From the IMG/VR virus record IMGVR_UViG_3300005466_000025, positions 1-64,000 of that record: a stretch of DNA of 64,000 bases. One strand, given 5' to 3'. Shown one piece after another: positions 8,801 through 17,513 of this stretch. Each line of letters begins with the position of its first letter. Within the stretch, counting starts at the first letter, position 1. Both the position numbers and the translations under genes were made by a program. This stretch comes from a virus. The notes below the pieces were generated by a model that saw only the letters and a list, made by a program, of their open reading frames with translations, made no database searches and was not told where the DNA came from.

Positions 8801-11572
8801 AGGATCAAGAAGAAGCTTAGTTAGGGTGTCTGCAAATCTGGCAATGGCTTCAGTGATAGGTCCAAGAATTCCGTCCCGCTCGCTGTTGCCAACAAATACA
8901 TCCTTGAATACCTTTCTGAGTCTCTTGAGGGACTGGAAGAGCTTCTTTTCCGCAGGGGAAAGATCGGCAAATGCCTTCTGTGCATCCTTATCAGCCTGGG
9001 ACTGATTCTTATGGGCGTCTGCCTCATCCTTACGGGCGTCTGCAACTTCCCTCTGGGCAACTGCAACCTGATGTAGGGCGTCCCTTACTCCTCTGTTGGC
9101 GAGAACAACGGAACGCTGTGCCTTCTCAACGCCTTCAAGGGCACTCTTGAGTTGATCCTGGGCATTCTTGACGATATCGCTACCGGCAACACCCTTCTCC
9201 CTTGCATCCCTTGCATCCTTTGCGGCCCTATTATTTCTAACTCTGGCCTGTTCAAGTGTAAGGTTGGCTCTCTGAACTCCAAGCTGTGCATCCTTAAGGT
9301 CAGTCTTAGAGGAATCAACCTGATCCAATATTGAGTTTAGATTCTGCTCAGCGATTGTAACGGCCTGCTGCGCCCCTGAAATCTCAGACTGGTCCTTCTG
9401 CTCATTTGCGATGCGGAGACGCTCCTGGGCCTCCCTGAGGGCCGCACGGGCGTCCTCTGCGTCCTGTCCGCCAGTCTTCTTCTTGTTTTCCTCTTCACGG
9501 AGTCTCTGCTTGGCCTCTAGAACACCAAGCTCGGCCTCCTTGAGTGAAAGGGCGGCATCCTTTTCATCAAGATTGGCATCAACAATATCCTTTGCAGCCT
9601 GAACCTTGGCCTGAGCCAGATCAGTTGTTGCATCCTTAACATCCTTGTAGGAATTTTTAAGGTCCTTATTGGCGTCAACAACGGCAAGCTGTGCATCCTT
9701 AACGGATTCAATCGCCTTCTTGAGACTGTATTGGGAATCAGACAATCTCTGGGCTGCATTTCTAATATTGTCAACATTATCCTTAGCCTTATTTCCAAGC
9801 TTCTCATTGAGCTTAACTGCATCAAGAACTGTGTTGAATCTTGAGAAGGCAGCTGCCAACAGACCCACAACAGGAAGGGCCTGTGCAAGTCCTGATAGGA
9901 AGGCACCACCAAGTGCGGCTCCTGCCTGAATTGCCGATGCCGCAAGGGCCGTAAGGGCTGTTGCAAGCTGAACAATGATTGTGAAGAACGTTGATAGAAT
10001 TCCCGTTAGGAATAGCCATCTTAGGTTGACCAACTGGCCGAAGTTCTTGAATAGGGTTCCAACGGCAAATCCGAATCTAGTGAAGGAGTTTCTAACGAGG
10101 TTTGTATCCCGTTCCATGTCCCTGAGGCCACTTCGTGCGGCTCTAACTCCTCTAACTGTATCCCCGAATGCAAGTCCGGCTCTCTTGCCGAATCTTTCAA
10201 CCGCCGTTCCTGTTGCAAGGAACTCAGTTCTAACTCTCTTTGCCTCCTCCTCAATAGCGCGAACATCAGGAATATCAATTTCCCTTCTTTCGCTCGCCTG
10301 AGATAGTCTTTGATTGGCTCTTCGCGCCTGGAAGTCAGCACCAAGGGCGGCTCTTTCTCTGGATTCCCTTAGTCTTCTTGCCCTCTGGATTGCGCGGATT
10401 TCAGCCTTTCTATCGCTGCGCTCGGCCTCCTCCTCCTCAGTTCTACCAAGCTCCCTAATTGCAGCCCTGTGTTCCTCAATCTTTACGGCGTCGGCTTCCC
10501 GCTGATCCTCCAACTGTCTGAACAGACTCTCTCTGGCTGCGTCCTCTGTTGCGGATAGTTCCACCTTGTCAAGCTCATGCTTCTCAGCAAGATCAGCCTT
10601 TCTCTGTGCTGCCTCCCTTCTTGATTCGGCAACACGGGACCTAATAAGCTCCTCTGTTCCCCTTGATACCCCAATTCCAGCCGTGAAGGAATCCTTTAGG
10701 GTCTTTGCAACCTCCCGCTGACTGTCGGAAACCTTCTTGTTGGCCGCCGTTATTCTAGTGGCCCCTCTTTCAATGAGATTTACGAATCTTCCAAAGGCTG
10801 TAATATCGGCAACAGAAATAAATCTTCCTGTTGTTGGGTCAACGCCTGTTCTGGTTTTGCCGCTACCAAGAAGACCATCCTTGAACTTGGTCTTGATTTG
10901 ATCAAGGAAGGCCCCAACCTTCTTAATGTCCGCAATTGTATTTTGTGTTCCGAGGAACAATCCCTGTCTTGTCTGACTCTGGATATCCTTTACACTGCGA
11001 CTGAGTACAGAAAACTCGCGCTGCAACCTTCTGATGAAGCTAAGGTCCTCAGCGCGAGCAAACTGTCCTCCTGCTGTTCTGACGAGGCGAGATGCGCCTG
11101 CTCCTGGCTCCTCACCTTCTACAAGAGGACCTCTTCTAACGCGGGTTCTGATTCTAACAAGGGCCTTGTCAATTGCATCGAGGCGATTCTTTGCCTTTTC
11201 AAGCAGGGTAACATCCTGGACACGAATGAATCTTCCATCGTCCCCCCTAATCGCACGTCCACCACCAAAGAGAGGGAACTCCCCCTCCTTAACTCTATTT
11301 CTCTTTAGGATATTGATGGAGTTATTAAGCTGATCCACCTTGTTTCTCATTTGATCAACAAGGGATATATCCTCCTTTTTAATAAACTGACCTCCCGGCC
11401 CTCGGGTAGCCTTACCGCCACCAAAGAGTGGAAAGTCCTCAGGCTTGTTTCTTTTGAGGCGCTTTAGGGAGTCGTCAAGCTTATCTGAGGCGCGACGAAC
11501 TGAGTCAAGCTCCTTTGAGAGCTTGTCTCTACCTTCAAGTATAATTCTGAAGACTTCGTTGCGGTCAGCCAT
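5852..11572 (-). CDS. tape measure protein
   Basis: 1906 aa; coiled coil plus hydrophobic W-repeat segments; GGTVPG.G.GDTVPALLTPGEWV motif; follows the chaperone genes. Confidence 0.95.
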   Translation of the reverse strand: MADRNEVFRIILEGRDKLSKELDSVRRASDKLDDSLKRLKRNKPEDFPLFGGGKATRGPGGQFIKKEDISLVDQMRNKVDQLNNSINILKRNRVKEGEFPLFGGGRAIRGDDGRFIRVQDVTLLEKAKNRLDAIDKALVRIRTRVRRGPLVEGEEPGAGASRLVRTAGGQFARAEDLSFIRRLQREFSVLSRSVKDIQSQTRQGLFLGTQNTIADIKKVGAFLDQIKTKFKDGLLGSGKTRTGVDPTTGRFISVADITAFGRFVNLIERGATRITAANKKVSDSQREVAKTLKDSFTAGIGVSRGTEELIRSRVAESRREAAQRKADLAEKHELDKVELSATEDAARESLFRQLEDQREADAVKIEEHRAAIRELGRTEEEEAERSDRKAEIRAIQRARRLRESRERAALGADFQARRANQRLSQASERREIDIPDVRAIEEEAKRVRTEFLATGTAVERFGKRAGLAFGDTVRGVRAARSGLRDMERDTNLVRNSFTRFGFAVGTLFKNFGQLVNLRWLFLTGILSTFFTIIVQLATALTALAASAIQAGAALGGAFLSGLAQALPVVGLLAAAFSRFNTVLDAVKLNEKLGNKAKDNVDNIRNAAQRLSDSQYSLKKAIESVKDAQLAVVDANKDLKNSYKDVKDATTDLAQAKVQAAKDIVDANLDEKDAALSLKEAELGVLEAKQRLREEENKKKTGGQDAEDARAALREAQERLRIANEQKDQSEISGAQQAVTIAEQNLNSILDQVDSSKTDLKDAQLGVQRANLTLEQARVRNNRAAKDARDAREKGVAGSDIVKNAQDQLKSALEGVEKAQRSVVLANRGVRDALHQVAVAQREVADARKDEADAHKNQSQADKDAQKAFADLSPAEKKLFQSLKRLRKVFKDVFVGNSERDGILGPITEAIARFADTLTKLLLDPKIQKAAQNLANSIADALDSFRRFVGSAEFKEALLFFTEKAADNIPRVVEGMLNLAKAFLNIAQAANPIFDRLLKGAVGLTGRLKDATSQKGETRRPEEGAAGRLGAVATINESGLDRFLASAGEHLDDWIKLSGAIIGLIDAIANSAAASTGKTLIEDITTQLDKFAQFIRDNPDKVKKFFDDARESIENLSRVLGRLTEALVKSFSSDEFTAFAATVADVIIPGLLLFIFTLGKLSKALQFLLDIPIVGDIVKWALAILVAEKAFNKVFPVTQKLTDGIKQLAGAMFRIVRERGFKGLFDTITTKAKTAKDAIVGLGKTFTELGKKTAEGAVSGVTKLKQAFLDAAKAAGNMARAIGTAVYTSLANVGKLIVGQVIGALRALTLGIRLLVSATVIGALITAAILIIANWDKVKKYARILADFLLKQFHRVVDWVKDNWKKILIGALAAPFLAGALPFILIYKFRDRIVSVLQGAAKLVIKAFEGIIDWARKNWKLLVAIIVGIFLPGVGISLVVLRFKDRILAAFGSIKDGIIGAFRQAFKFVRDEFTSVIDFLKKQYDKLPGPVKTIIKATAKAASIGGSALGKAQDIGGAILRRAGGGTVPGHGKGDTVPALLTPGEWVLNEAQQKKLTSLIGLSKKGVLDFLFGATGTFSPGGRRAPGMKVEGNIDILHRPQVKNKDGTTSSVRSGTFSTDAGVYVLPTVIGNKIVSDDEAFKYFMRTGQNLGLFDTLKHAEAYSQRLHIQQAQLGKKFENLDTVKRNLKPGQWVLNQGQQARAATSLAISVQQLKARLFGTNSNIDPRTGKREAGFNTKLRTYRDFNLISQTDPDNNVVWFVELANKSFGQVTGRDAKRIQDTDGRWIPGYVKRSAGGFKGALHTVVDGPRPGLGIRHWIKRTPTRKATEAFIRNNRTQKFSMGGVVAPGAVQRFAEGGIVQAPGFGGVERGGENKTINQNFTVKTQGETDWGYVMRLASINAQESF

Positions 11573-11627
11573 GTAACACCTTTAATTCTGATTTTAAATT
11601 GTAAGGTCGTGCGGTAAGGGATAGGTG

Positions 11628-12017
11628 TTACTCTTCGGCATCCATAGCCGCCCAGAAAGGCTGGTCCATGTCTACTTCATATGAATCCACACCATTGTAT
11701 ACTATATTTACTGCGCTTTGGTAACTTTCTTCTATATCTTTTAGTGCCTTTTGTCGAGTTTGCTTATTATCATCGTAATTGGAGTTGGACCAAAGGCCAG
11801 AGATCATTGCATTCTTAACTTCCCTGGCCTCGTTTACGGCCCGCCTTTTCATAAAGGCTTCGAACATTTTTTCGAATCGCTTCCAATACCAGTCTTTCAA
11901 TTCCTCTACTGACTCTGGATGCTCCGAGGAATATAGTTCTAGTGCCTCTAAAGGCCCTATCCTTGGACCTTCGTGCTGATCTTGTTGAATAGTGGGAGCA
12001 TCCTTTCGGTGAAAAAA
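11628..12017 (-). CDS. tail assembly chaperone, -1 frameshift extension (gpGT-like C-terminal part)
   Basis: -1 frame is open from the slippery site into ORF 11628..11900. Confidence 0.8.
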   Translation of the reverse strand, partial: FFHRKDAPTIQQDQHEGPRIGPLEALELYSSEHPESVEELKDWYWKRFEKMFEAFMKRRAVNEAREVKNAMISGLWSNSNYDDNKQTRQKALKDIEESYQSAVNIVYNGVDSYEVDMDQPFWAAMDAEE

Positions 12018-12493
12018 CTCACCATCACTTCCCAGTTCTGATCAACAAATGTGTCAAGGATTTGAACTCCCTGCTCGTCCGATAGTTCCTCAAGACGGAG
12101 GGCGTAATAATCCCTCTGACCCTTTGGAACATGGAGAATAACAAGGTATAGGTCCTTTAGAAGTTCAGGTCCATTTGCGATGATCTTTGAGAGGGCCTTC
12201 ACAAACACATCTGCGTCTGATGCATTTGAGGCCAGCGGAACAGACGGATCATAGTCCGGTGTTTCAAGAAGCTCAGAAAGGGAGCCTCCCTCAGACAGGA
12301 TATCCTGTACGGCCTTTCCTACAACGGAGAAGAACTCAATCTTTCCGAAGAATGTTAGGGGCTTCTGAGTAAGGACAATCTTGTCGTCCCCTTCACCGAT
12401 TTCATAATACACTTCTGACGGAGCAAGTGTTTCCAAAATTTCCTCTGTTTCTGATGTTTCTGTAGTTTCCTTTACTGGTGCTTTCGCAGCCAT
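11957..12493 (-). CDS. tail assembly chaperone (gpG-like)
   Basis: 178 aa, upstream of TMP, slippery heptamer near its 3' end. Confidence 0.85.
   Translation of the reverse strand: MAAKAPVKETTETSETEEILETLAPSEVYYEIGEGDDKIVLTQKPLTFFGKIEFFSVVGKAVQDILSEGGSLSELLETPDYDPSVPLASNASDADVFVKALSKIIANGPELLKDLYLVILHVPKGQRDYYALRLEELSDEQGVQILDTFVDQNWEVMVSFFTERMLPLFNKISTKVQG
12011..12017 (-). promoter_or_regulatory. programmed -1 ribosomal frameshift site T TTT TTC
   Basis: AGT TTT TTC in frame; a -1 shift reads FHRKDAPT...ELKDWYW without a stop. Confidence 0.8.
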
Positions 12494-12504
12494 GGCATTG
12501 CCTC

Positions 12505-13008
12505 CTATTCTAGTTCTACTAGTCTGGCTCTTAGCTCAGCTAGTCGTATCGGTATAATTGTGTTCTCAGCCTGCTCAAGGGCCTCCCTGAGATATGGTTG
12601 AGGTTTCTGTCCTAACACTGTCTTCTTCTTGAACCACTTACCATCAATTTGAAAGATCATAAATGGGGCTTTTCTTGGGGTGATTGGTACACCCTTGGGT
12701 CCAAATACACCTGTTCCATCGTGAACCCATTTTGCGTATTTAGGAACCTTAGGGACCGATAGTTCTGTTTTAACTACCAGTCCCCCTGGACCTTGGACAC
12801 GTCTCTTTAAATCCTTTCTGTCAACCGGATGTAGTCTAAGCGTTCCCTCATCAACTGGGGCCTTTTCCCTTGCAAGGGTTTCAATTTCATCGGCAATATC
12901 CTCAATCGTTGCCCTGAGTAGACGCTGAGCCTTGTCAGGCATTTGCCCGATAAGGTCAAAGAAATTCTCCTTACTTGAAGCCTCTACTCTAATGAAATCA
13001 TCAGCCAT
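12505..13008 (-). CDS. HK97 gp10-like tail completion protein
   Basis: APVDEGTL, YAKWVHDGT, GQKPQPYL motifs. Confidence 0.85.
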   Translation of the reverse strand: MADDFIRVEASSKENFFDLIGQMPDKAQRLLRATIEDIADEIETLAREKAPVDEGTLRLHPVDRKDLKRRVQGPGGLVVKTELSVPKVPKYAKWVHDGTGVFGPKGVPITPRKAPFMIFQIDGKWFKKKTVLGQKPQPYLREALEQAENTIIPIRLAELRARLVELE

Positions 13009-13730
13009 TACTTATCAGTGAGTACCGCGCACTCTCCTCCTTCTTGGAAGACGATTCTATCGAGGGTTTCATCAGGGAGCCATACTTTTCTTGGGTATGC
13101 GGTACCCCAGGAATTAAGTAGCGGAACGGCACCAAGCTTGTCAGCCGTAGGGTGCTTTAGAAAGGCATGAATATCGTCAACGCTTTGTGCCCATCTATAG
13201 GCCTTGATTCCAGAGGCAAGGGATACAGGAAGGAATGTTCCGGTTGCTGAGTCATACTTCCTTGCGCCTTTTTTCAGCAGGATGCTACAACCTGAATTTA
13301 CGTCTGTTCCCTCCTCCGGTGGTGTTTCCGGATAAGGATCAATAAGCTGCGCCTGTTGGTATAGCCAGCGGGCGTCATAACGGCTTCTATTCATCAATGA
13401 GAGGGCACGAGAGAGGCTGAAACCAACACATGCACCCTCTGACCCCTGATCGTAGAATCTCCACCACAGAAACATATCCAGGGCCGATGCATCCCCAGGC
13501 TGAACACAAATGGCGTGTCCCCCACGCACATAGCCAAGCTTGCCTCTGCCGATCCAATAGCGCAACCCATCCTTCTGTGGAACATCAAAATTTGAATACC
13601 AGTTAATACCCAATACGCCAGGCTGAGCCGTCGAAGGAAGCGTAGCGGCCGTAAGAGGATACTTGTCCTTGTATGATTGATCCTCAGGGAATCTAGCTCC
13701 CAATGGACCCTTATGAATTCTTCTAAACAT
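13008..13730 (-). CDS. papain-like (C1) cysteine peptidase with rearranged segment order
   Basis: GGHAI (H72), DQGSEGAC (Q95/C101), NSWG (N206). Confidence 0.8.
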   Translation of the reverse strand: MFRRIHKGPLGARFPEDQSYKDKYPLTAATLPSTAQPGVLGINWYSNFDVPQKDGLRYWIGRGKLGYVRGGHAICVQPGDASALDMFLWWRFYDQGSEGACVGFSLSRALSLMNRSRYDARWLYQQAQLIDPYPETPPEEGTDVNSGCSILLKKGARKYDSATGTFLPVSLASGIKAYRWAQSVDDIHAFLKHPTADKLGAVPLLNSWGTAYPRKVWLPDETLDRIVFQEGGECAVLTDK

Positions 13731-13744
13731 TTTCCTCCTTAAAG

Positions 13745-13776
13745 TAAATGACCGACCCCGAAGGATCGGCCATTTA
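13745..13776 (-). terminator. UUCG hairpin, terminator/attenuator downstream of the major tail gene
   Basis: TAAATGGCCGATCC-TTCG-GGGTCGGTCATTTA on the minus strand. Confidence 0.55.
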
Positions 13777-13856
13777 AGGACCTTTCCCTAGGGATTGCTT
13801 TTGCTAAATCTTTTTCGGGCGATATCGCGTTGCGTATATCTATTATACAGTTTTTA

Positions 13857-14450
13857 TTAGGTCTGGTTAAAGATAACCTGAGTTCTTGTGTATACGTCGG
13901 CAACCGAAGTATCAGCAAGGGCACGGAATCTAACCGGAATCTGCTGCTGCTCACCAGTCTTGTTGAAGACTAGTGCTGATTCCTGGGCAGACTTGGTTAC
14001 CAAGCGGAATACATGCGCTCTGATCTTACCGTCGGCCTTCTGGTGAAGAACGGCAAGTCTTCGCTTAATGTATGTTGTTGGTTCACCAACACCCATCTGC
14101 TGCTCTGTTGTTCCTGAAATAGGTCCAGCCTGCCATGCAATATTGAGTCTTGATAGTGAAGCCTCTGCAAGGGCAGTTGTTACAGACTGCTCATAGGAAA
14201 CAGGGCGAACGTCGATAATACCGAGAATCTGGTCCACGTCGAACTCTTCCTCAGTGTTGTTAACAGTTACGGTAATACCTGTCTTTGTCGCACCTAGGTC
14301 GTTCCAACCTGTGGCAGCGTCGAAAGTTGATAGGTTAATGATATCCCCAATTGTTGTTGGGAACGCGATTGTAGTACCAGCCCACATTAGACGCGCTGGT
14401 CCACGAATAAAGGTATCGTCCGAAATGTTAGTTCTGAAAAAGTCAGCCAT
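13857..14450 (-). CDS. major tail protein
   Basis: 197 aa; W.DLGATK.G motif; strong SD; position in operon. Confidence 0.85.
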   Translation of the reverse strand: MADFFRTNISDDTFIRGPARLMWAGTTIAFPTTIGDIINLSTFDAATGWNDLGATKTGITVTVNNTEEEFDVDQILGIIDVRPVSYEQSVTTALAEASLSRLNIAWQAGPISGTTEQQMGVGEPTTYIKRRLAVLHQKADGKIRAHVFRLVTKSAQESALVFNKTGEQQQIPVRFRALADTSVADVYTRTQVIFNQT

Positions 14451-14507
14451 AATTTACCTCCTCTCCTCAATGAAATAGTACATTAAAATAATAGGCTACA
14501 ACTGTGT

Positions 14508-15125
14508 TCAATTGTATAAGTCCACGTATTTGCTTAGGTTGTAGATAAGGGAACCGCCCTGCCAATACCAGCGTCCACCCTGTCCGTTTTCCTCTCTTCG
14601 GATGAATAGATCACCAACCGTTACCTGTGGGGGAGGTAGGTCCGGTATTGTGTTGTTTAGATGCTTATTGGCTAGTAGAGTTAAATGTGCCGCATCAAGT
14701 GTCTTATGAATCCTTGAGTTCACTTGCTGCTCCTGGAAAATTCCCTGTGTTAGGTCTGGCGATCCCGGAGGATCAAAGACTCCTGACTTCACCATAATCT
14801 CCACAGCCATAACATGGGTGTAAAGCTCACCTTGGTCGTCCGATGACTCCGGTGGGTTTGCCGTATAACAAACTACGCAGACATTTGGATATTTCTCTAT
14901 CGGCGCGTTTATCAAAGATGGGATGGTGCCAGGGTAGAAATTTTCGTTTGCAATCGGCTCTACTGTCCAAGTCGCACTTCCTCTCCCAAGCGCGGCCATC
15001 AATGCATCATCCTCGGCAAGCCAAGTCGAATTCATTGCTGAAATCATATTGTTCAATCCATCGTAAAGCACGATGAGTGCCTGCCGCTGGACAAGTTCCA
15101 TTGATAGACGGCCTGTATATTGCAT
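14508..15125 (-). CDS. tail terminator/neck protein
   Basis: position between adaptor and major tail genes; YPNVCV motif. Confidence 0.6.
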   Translation of the reverse strand: MQYTGRLSMELVQRQALIVLYDGLNNMISAMNSTWLAEDDALMAALGRGSATWTVEPIANENFYPGTIPSLINAPIEKYPNVCVVCYTANPPESSDDQGELYTHVMAVEIMVKSGVFDPPGSPDLTQGIFQEQQVNSRIHKTLDAAHLTLLANKHLNNTIPDLPPPQVTVGDLFIRREENGQGGRWYWQGGSLIYNLSKYVDLYN

Positions 15126-15661
15126 TATTGTGTCTCAACCCAAGGCCATAAAATACTTGTTCCACCAAGCAATTGATCAGCCTGTTGTAGAGGGAATAGT
15201 TCCGGATCAGGGGTAACAAGAATTCCCCTTCCGTTGTCCCCATAGGAAACACGGGGTAGAATAGCCTTGAGCTTCACAAGATTGATCTGCTCCTCCTCCG
15301 CAAGTTCGGCGGCACGTTGAGCCAACTTCTCCCACACCTTCCAAAGGTCAGGTCTGCGGTCAAAGTATGCAACATCCTCATTGGTACCCGATGTATTCTG
15401 GGATGCCAACTGGTCGCCCCAATAATCAATTGCGGCCGGAATAAACTGCATTGTTGTAATCACGCCGAGTAACTCAATCTGGTTCGGCGTCCATGTCGAA
15501 CTTTCTTGAGTTACTCCCGCGACTGTTGCGTAAAGGCGATACTGAACACCCTCTGCAATGCTCTGAAGATCGGTATTCGAATAATCGTAGATTGTGTTGC
15601 CTACTAGCGCCCGATAGGATGCAGGAACAGTCTGACGTACTATGTCTGTAATTACGCCCAT
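15125..15661 (-). CDS. head-to-tail adaptor
   Basis: 178-aa helical protein downstream of MCP. Confidence 0.6.
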   Translation of the reverse strand: MGVITDIVRQTVPASYRALVGNTIYDYSNTDLQSIAEGVQYRLYATVAGVTQESSTWTPNQIELLGVITTMQFIPAAIDYWGDQLASQNTSGTNEDVAYFDRRPDLWKVWEKLAQRAAELAEEEQINLVKLKAILPRVSYGDNGRGILVTPDPELFPLQQADQLLGGTSILWPWVETQ

Positions 15662-15674
15662 CGGACCGCCTTAT

Positions 15675-15986
15675 TTATTCTTCGTCGTCTTCAGCGATTA
15701 GGTCTGAAATACTCGCCTTCATTCGTTCTGCCTTGTTCACTAGCCTCTTAGCCTGCGTAGGAGTGAGAAGGGTAAGACCGGGAGCCTTACCCTCCTCAAC
15801 AAGCTTTCTAAGATAGCTAGGCACTTCAGCAAGGTTTGCTGTTTCCCCTGGGACCATTACCCGAGATGTAATTGGTTCGTTGATGATCTTGCCATCAGCG
15901 TCCGTTTCTACATCCCCGTCGAGGAAGTGGACTGTTGCCGCCTCCTCAGCGAAGATAACCTTTTCTGCCTTTGCTGTTGTTGCCAT
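15675..15986 (-). CDS. hypothetical head-associated protein
   Basis: 103 aa with GGAGG SD directly after MCP. Confidence 0.7.
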   Translation of the reverse strand: MATTAKAEKVIFAEEAATVHFLDGDVETDADGKIINEPITSRVMVPGETANLAEVPSYLRKLVEEGKAPGLTLLTPTQAKRLVNKAERMKASISDLIAEDDEE

Positions 15987-16008
15987 ATTGGCTTTGCCTC
16001 CTATGTTA

Positions 16009-17097
16009 TTAAGCTACTCGCGCCCAGACAAATGCCTCTGGGATTAGTAGTCGTGGGATTCTCGCTGATGCTGCGCGGAGAAGGTGCGTCTTTGCAACAT
16101 GATCGAGCATTACCTCCGCCTGGAAGCCCTGTCTAATATCAACAGAGTTGTATCCAGACGATACTGTTACCTGACCGTCAAGCGTGTCGGCAATTGGTAC
16201 ACCGTCAAGGTTGTAGTCAGTAGTCATTAGAACATAGCCGTCTGGTAGGTACTTGGTTAGGGAACCTACGCCGATTCCTGTCTGACCAACGTCGCGGTAA
16301 CCGTTGTCATAAAGAACGATTTCAAAGCCTGTGTATACAGACTGGAATAGTTCAAGAATGTCCTGCTTTCTAGGTCTAAGGATGCTGTTGGCACCATTAG
16401 CGTAGAAGTTAACGGCGTTTCTGATGTTTGTGTTGTTGATTAGGTAGTTGTAGGTCTTGAGGTTCATGTGGAGCTTGGTTCCGTAGAAACCAGTAGCCGC
16501 CGCAATCACGTCTGACCAAGCTGCAACGTCTGATACTGGATCAGCAGTTGAAGTTGATGACCATAGAACCGATGCCACTGGCTTGTTAGCCGCTGGCAAA
16601 CCGTAATCAATGTAGAGGTTAGATGTTCCGCCATCGTAAGGGATTGTTACAGCCCCTCGGAAGGCCTGCCATCTGAGCCACTCTGTAGCTCGCTCGTTTC
16701 TAAGCTGTAGAATTCTACCCTTGTCAACGAGGGAAACACCAACTGAGCGTCTGATGTTCTCATCGGCTGAGTTAAGTGCTAGCCAGTCCTCTTCAGGAAT
16801 CATTTCCATTTCGTCAATTAGGGCGAGTGAGATTAGCGTCTCGCTCCAAGCAACGTTAGGTCTGAAGAGTGGTGGTGTTGCGTCAGGCGCTCTGAACTGA
16901 CCCTTACCGAACGGTAGGATTTCAGCCACTCTTACCTTGGCATTTCTACCAGGGTGAGTCTTCAGAGGCGCAATCTGGGCACCAAGAAGAGGAGTAGTGT
17001 CCTCCGCTGCGCCAACGGCGCGTCCTTCTGGCGGTCTACGAATGATGTTTGTAAGTAACGCTTGATCCCAAACGTCAAATGTTGTAAATCCGGACAT
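16009..17097 (-). CDS. major capsid protein (lambda gpE-like family)
   Basis: 362 aa; EWLRWQAF.G, IDYG.P, W...ADP..D pattern; follows decoration gene. Confidence 0.9.
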   Translation of the reverse strand: MSGFTTFDVWDQALLTNIIRRPPEGRAVGAAEDTTPLLGAQIAPLKTHPGRNAKVRVAEILPFGKGQFRAPDATPPLFRPNVAWSETLISLALIDEMEMIPEEDWLALNSADENIRRSVGVSLVDKGRILQLRNERATEWLRWQAFRGAVTIPYDGGTSNLYIDYGLPAANKPVASVLWSSTSTADPVSDVAAWSDVIAAATGFYGTKLHMNLKTYNYLINNTNIRNAVNFYANGANSILRPRKQDILELFQSVYTGFEIVLYDNGYRDVGQTGIGVGSLTKYLPDGYVLMTTDYNLDGVPIADTLDGQVTVSSGYNSVDIRQGFQAEVMLDHVAKTHLLRAASARIPRLLIPEAFVWARVA

Positions 17098-17112
17098 TTA
17101 ATTCACCTCCTC

Positions 17113-17496
17113 TTATTCGAACTTGTTGTAGTTGCCTAGATCAGCAACGAGTGCTGAGGCATATAGTGTGAAACCGACAATCGCAGATGTTGCGAATACG
17201 CATCCAAAGAAGTACATAGCTGCCGGTGCGTCACCCTCGGTAACGCGGGCTACAATGTCAACAGGGCGTCTAAGGATTCCCTTAATTGTTCCTGATCCAT
17301 TGTATGCGACATACTTATCTGGGTTAGTTGTGCTGAACTTAAGAATTGTTCCGGCTGGAACAACGTTTCTCACACCGGCTGTTACTGCCACGTTGGTAGC
17401 ATCGATAACAACAGACTTGATTGCGTCTAGTCCAGCAGGGAACTTGAGTACCTCAACGTCAAGCCACTGTGCGCTTTGATCGTAATTAAACGGCAT
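17113..17496 (-). CDS. head decoration protein (gpD-like)
   Basis: 127 aa; VPAGTIL and GIL motifs; lies between protease and MCP. Confidence 0.8.
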   Translation of the reverse strand: MPFNYDQSAQWLDVEVLKFPAGLDAIKSVVIDATNVAVTAGVRNVVPAGTILKFSTTNPDKYVAYNGSGTIKGILRRPVDIVARVTEGDAPAAMYFFGCVFATSAIVGFTLYASALVADLGNYNKFE

Positions 17497-17513
17497 CTAA
17501 ATTCACCTCCTTA

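Noticed and set aside
13777-13850. Riboswitch in the leader of the peptidase gene
   Set aside because: Only a -10-like TATAAT and one hairpin; no recognisable aptamer consensus.
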